This document shows positions 43,203 through 46,843 of a DNA stretch of 46,843 nt, one piece after another; the first letter of the stretch is position 1; every line of letters starts with the position of its first letter. The translations under genes were made by a program, and so were the position numbers. Origin of the DNA: Mesotaenium endlicherianum (lineage: Eukaryota); assembly GCA_009602735.1 (NCBI GenBank), contig WELA01000730.1, forward strand, positions 151,583 to 198,425. Direction: 5' to 3'. The notes beneath the pieces were generated by a model that saw only the letters and a list, made by a program, of their open reading frames with translations, did not search any database and was not told the origin of the DNA.

Positions 43203-44879
43203 TTAAGGGGTTGTTCCTGGGGCTTCAGGATCAGGAGACGGAGATCTGGACCTAGATCTGGACAGCCCTCTAGGTCTGTCAGCTGGCCTTCTAAAGAACC
43301 CTGTTTGCTCTAAAGTTGGACCTCGAGGAGAACGAAGGATGGTAGCCTGCTCTTCAACCACTTGGGTGTTGATTCCCACATAGACAGGCATTCCAGTAGG
43401 ATGCTGAAATACATTGGCTAGAGGTACATGCCCCTGAGCGGAGGGGGAGGCTGGCATACCTCTGGCCCACCCGCGTGTCCCTCTTCTGGCACCCCTGTCC
43501 TCTGGGGATTTCTGTCTGTGTCTGCTGCCCAGTACAGTCAGATCAGCTTCTTCCCCTGCTTGGGCAGGTGGGCTGGGGGAGCGAGCGCGGGGTCCAGTTG
43601 TCGCCATAACGGGGATCACATTCCAAACACCTGATCGTGGTTCTTTAGGAAGCGCCCCTGCCTGTCCCTGGGTATCCTGAGTACCTGCTGCTGATGCTTC
43701 TCCTCTGCCTTGTTCTTCTTCCTCATCCTCCTCATCCTCCTCCTCGGAGAGAGTAGGGGTCTCGTCCACTAAGTCGTCCTGCTCCCTAGTAGACATGGAG
43801 TAGTCTACCGACCTCCCTTTCTTAGGGCGCGCTGGAGGTTGCTTGGCCTTCAGCCTACTGATATCTATCCGGCCTGCATTCTTTGCCCATTTGACAAAGG
43901 CATGCTTTCCCTTAGAGAAGTACTCTCTTCCCCTCCTCCTATGTTCCTTGGTCTCTGCATTCATATTGCTCAGGCATCCATTCAGCCTGGGGTCCCAAGG
44001 GGCAATGTGAGGTGGTAGGATGAGATAGCCGTCTAGGCCATAGTGGAAGTCATCCGGTTGGGCTCGGTCACACTCCTGCTTCTTATTTGTGACGGTCATC
44101 CACCTCCAGTCTGTTGGCTGCTGGTAGTACTGGGGTCCGTGCTCAGCCTTCCTCAGTTTACACGGGAACCAGTGGGGAGAGAACATCTGCTGTCCTGCTT
44201 CCCTGGCCAAGTACTCCCAGCTCCTTCTCTCAACTTCATTGTAAGCTGGCAGGAGTGTGAGGTAGAATACCGTATCCTTAAAGCTATCGGGCCGCATGCT
44301 CACCATCCGGATGAGTCTCTGATCTCCCACTATTCCCGGTATGGGGACCGGCTTGTCCTCTGAATCATCTGCGAGATACCGGGCCTGCTCTGCTGTATAG
44401 CCCACCATCTTAGCATAATCTTCGTAAAGGACCACGCCGGTGTGTGTCTCGATGTACCTGTCCAGTGCTGTAGCTCCTTCCTTCTGTAGCAGTGTTGTCT
44501 GTTCCAGCCTGTTGATCTCCTGGGCTGCCAGCAATGCTTCCTTCAGGTTATCGAAGTTTTGGCCACCCACCACAGTATACCTGTAAGTGGCCAAGCTCTT
44601 CTGTCTGTCCGCTTCAATCTTTTTTCTTTTCTCCTCTTCTGCCGCTGCCGCTTCTTCTTGCTGTTTCTTCTGTCTCTCCTCCTCAGCCTTCCTGAGGTTT
44701 TCCGCTTCCTGATCCTTCTTCCTCTGTGCCTCTTCTGCCGCCTCTTGTTGTTTGCGGACCCTTTCTTGTTCTCTCCTGGTGAGGGACGTCGCCGCCAGCT
44801 CCTTCTGGTATTGCTCCATTGTCCTCCTGGCTTCTTCTGCCTTGCGCTTTCTGTCCTCCTTTTGTGTGGTGGGCGCCAT
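43203..44879 (-). CDS. Extra ORF, second tandem copy
   Basis: Differs from 35102-36778 by 2 amino acids. Confidence 0.85.
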   Translation of the reverse strand: MAPTTQKEDRKRKAEEARRTMEQYQKELAATSLTRREQERVRKQQEAAEEAQRKKDQEAENLRKAEEERQKKQQEEAAAAEEEKRKKIEADRQKSLATYRYTVVGGQNFDNLKEALLAAQEINRLEQTTLLQKEGATALDRYIETHTGVVLYEDYAKMVGYTAEQARYLADDSEDKPVPIPGIVGDQRLIRMVSMRPDSFKDTVFYLTLLPAYNEVERRSWEYLAREAGQQMFSPHWFPCKLRKAEHGPQYYQQPTDWRWMTVTNKKQECDRAQPDDFHYGLDGYLILPPHIAPWDPRLNGCLSNMNAETKEHRRRGREYFSKGKHAFVKWAKNAGRIDISRLKAKQPPARPKKGRSVDYSMSTREQDDLVDETPTLSEEEDEEDEEEEQGRGEASAAGTQDTQGQAGALPKEPRSGVWNVIPVMATTGPRARSPSPPAQAGEEADLTVLGSRHRQKSPEDRGARRGTRGWARGMPASPSAQGHVPLANVFQHPTGMPVYVGINTQVVEEQATILRSPRGPTLEQTGFFRRPADRPRGLSRSRSRSPSPDPEAPGTTP

Positions 44880-45146
44880 CCTGCACATGTAACCAGGGCA
44901 CAAGTTAGTAGGATATGGACCTTTGTCATAGGGATTGCAGGAAGTATGTTAGTATTTAGTATAGTGGCTTCGCTGCTGTTTACCTTACAGGATGATTGCT
45001 AAAAGTTGACGTAGTTGCGATGCGCTACACATAAACGTATGAGTGTGTTTTTATCGCTCTCGCTCACTAACTGTCATATATTTTCCCCTCCAACTTAAAT
45101 GGAGACAGGACCGCCTGTCACCTTCCCGTGTCAACTGAAATGACAG

Positions 45147-46843
45147 TTATGGAGGGACTCCAGCGGCCCGAAGGTGGAACCGTGTCAACGCCCCTTTGGC
45201 ATTGGTCAAGTGGTCCTTAAACTCCCAAGTGTCCCCAGAGGCATCGTAACCCTTCCATCGAATGAGGTATTTCATGACATATTTAGACGATCGACGGACC
45301 GAGCGAGCGTCTAAAATCTCATCGACCTCATATTCCTCAGGGTCGCCGTCCCGGACAGCGGGGACCGGTCCCGGTTGGACAGGGAACCGACCTGTGAACA
45401 GTGTATCACCTTTGATGTACGGTTCCAGGAAGGAGACATTAAAGACCGGGTGCCCCTTGTATTCAGCTGACATGTTCAGTTTGTAAGCATTCTGACCGAC
45501 ACGACGGACCACCGAATATGGACCGACCCAGACAGGGCCAAGCTTTTTCTTGACCACACCAGGGAGGTACAGGTGCTGAGAATGCAGTTTGACTAAATCC
45601 CCCTTGGAAAATGTCAGTTCCCGACGGTGTTGATTAGCGTATTTTTGTTGGTTTTCTTGGGCCGTGTGCAAGTTTCGTTGGACTTCTGACAGGGTGTCAG
45701 CAAACTCCTGAGTTAACTGGAGGGAGACCGGGTTGTCAATCCCTTCAGGGTGAGTTAAAGATTCCCCTAGCACATCTAGAGGAGACTTAGGGACTCTACC
45801 CAGGCTGAGTTCAAAAGGAGTTTTGCCCGTTGACGCGTGCACCGCACTGTTGACCGCAAACTGAATTTGAGGCAACAGGTCATCCCAATTATCTTGTTTT
45901 TGGTTAATATATGCTCTCAGCACCTCCTGCAGAACTCGGTTAGTTCTTTCAGTCTGCCCATCAGTCTGAGGGTGGTTTGCTGTGCTGAGCAGCTGTTTGA
46001 CTCCCATTAACCCCATTAAAGCTCTCCAGAACTTAGAGGTGAATTTTGAGTCTCTGTCTGAGATGATATTAGAAGGGAGCCCATGTTGGCATACTACATG
46101 GTTGTAAAACTGTCTCGCTGTTTCGAGTGCAGTCACTTTGACAGTTGTGGGGATAAAAATGACCATTTTTGTCAGTTTATCCACGACTACCAGTATTGAA
46201 TCATGCCCGTTGGCAGTTCTTGGTAGTGAGACCACCCAGTCCATGGATATAGTTTCCCAGCGTCCCGCTGGGATGGGTAGCGGTTGCAAGAGACCTCCGG
46301 GTGGTGTGTGCCGAGACTTATTTCTCTGACACTGGTCACAGGACTTGACATATTTCAAGACCTCCCGGGGTAACCCCTCCCAATGATAATGTTTTGCCAG
46401 TTTGCCAACAGTTTTGGCCTGCCCCAAATGTCCACCCAGGAGACTGTCATGAGCTTGACTCAGTAAGAGAGACCTTATTTCCAAGTTATTAGGAATGACC
46501 AGCTTCAGCCTGCCTGAAGTGGTTTCAGTCACCCAGACCCCTCCCTTGAGCTTATACCCGAGTGCAGTAGCACGACACACACCAGTAGTGGGGCTGGGCT
46601 CAAATGTTGGGTCAGAAAGGTAGGCTTTCCTAAGTTGTTCAAGGAAGGACTTTTTCACCTTTAGTGAAGTGAGTGCACACAGGACTTTATCTACAGTATG
46701 CTGACTAAAGTTCCTTTCTTGCAAGTCAGGTCTTCTAGAGAGTGCATGAGCAGGATTCAACTTCCTCGGTTTGTAGTCGATTTGGACTTGGAACTGCTCC
46801 AGCATCTGGCTCCAGCGGTTCTCCCTCCTCGACAGCTTGGACT
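45147..46843 (-). CDS. pol: Family C pol, second tandem copy (end of RNase H, integrase, chromodomain); runs off the window
   Basis: Near-identical to 37046-38742, offset 8101 bp. Confidence 0.93.
   Translation of the reverse strand, partial: SKLSRRENRWSQMLEQFQVQIDYKPRKLNPAHALSRRPDLQERNFSQHTVDKVLCALTSLKVKKSFLEQLRKAYLSDPTFEPSPTTGVCRATALGYKLKGGVWVTETTSGRLKLVIPNNLEIRSLLLSQAHDSLLGGHLGQAKTVGKLAKHYHWEGLPREVLKYVKSCDQCQRNKSRHTPPGGLLQPLPIPAGRWETISMDWVVSLPRTANGHDSILVVVDKLTKMVIFIPTTVKVTALETARQFYNHVVCQHGLPSNIISDRDSKFTSKFWRALMGLMGVKQLLSTANHPQTDGQTERTNRVLQEVLRAYINQKQDNWDDLLPQIQFAVNSAVHASTGKTPFELSLGRVPKSPLDVLGESLTHPEGIDNPVSLQLTQEFADTLSEVQRNLHTAQENQQKYANQHRRELTFSKGDLVKLHSQHLYLPGVVKKKLGPVWVGPYSVVRRVGQNAYKLNMSAEYKGHPVFNVSFLEPYIKGDTLFTGRFPVQPGPVPAVRDGDPEEYEVDEILDARSVRRSSKYVMKYLIRWKGYDASGDTWEFKDHLTNAKGALTRFHLRAAGVPP

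Overview
Eukaryotic draft-assembly window, most likely from a green plant or streptophyte alga (inferred from a plant-type IBTK-like gene, TGGTATC tRNA-iMet primer sites and chromovirus elements). 1-8.5 kb: 3' part of a GC-rich, intron-containing RCC1-repeat (IBTK-like) gene, with a 2-kb duplication that is probably an assembly artefact. 11.8-13.4 kb: an intronless uracil-DNA-glycosylase-fold ORF resembling poxvirus D4, with unusual active-site residues, beside a decayed ORF and a pyrimidine-rich minisatellite. 15.9-20.5 kb: a decayed retroelement encoding Gag-like, aspartic protease and C5-cytosine DNA methyltransferase regions. 20.5-46.8 kb: a nest of LTR retrotransposons. These are Copia-like remnants, two defective copies of a Ty3/chromovirus (family B) with a tRNA-like box in its LTR and 5S-rRNA-like boxes in its leader, and a young chromovirus (family C). 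Family C is present as an inverted truncated copy plus a tandem array sharing an LTR. It has a -1 frameshift signal between gag and pol and an extra ~560-aa ORF after pol, preceded by splice signals. All calls come from reading motifs by eye; no searches were run.
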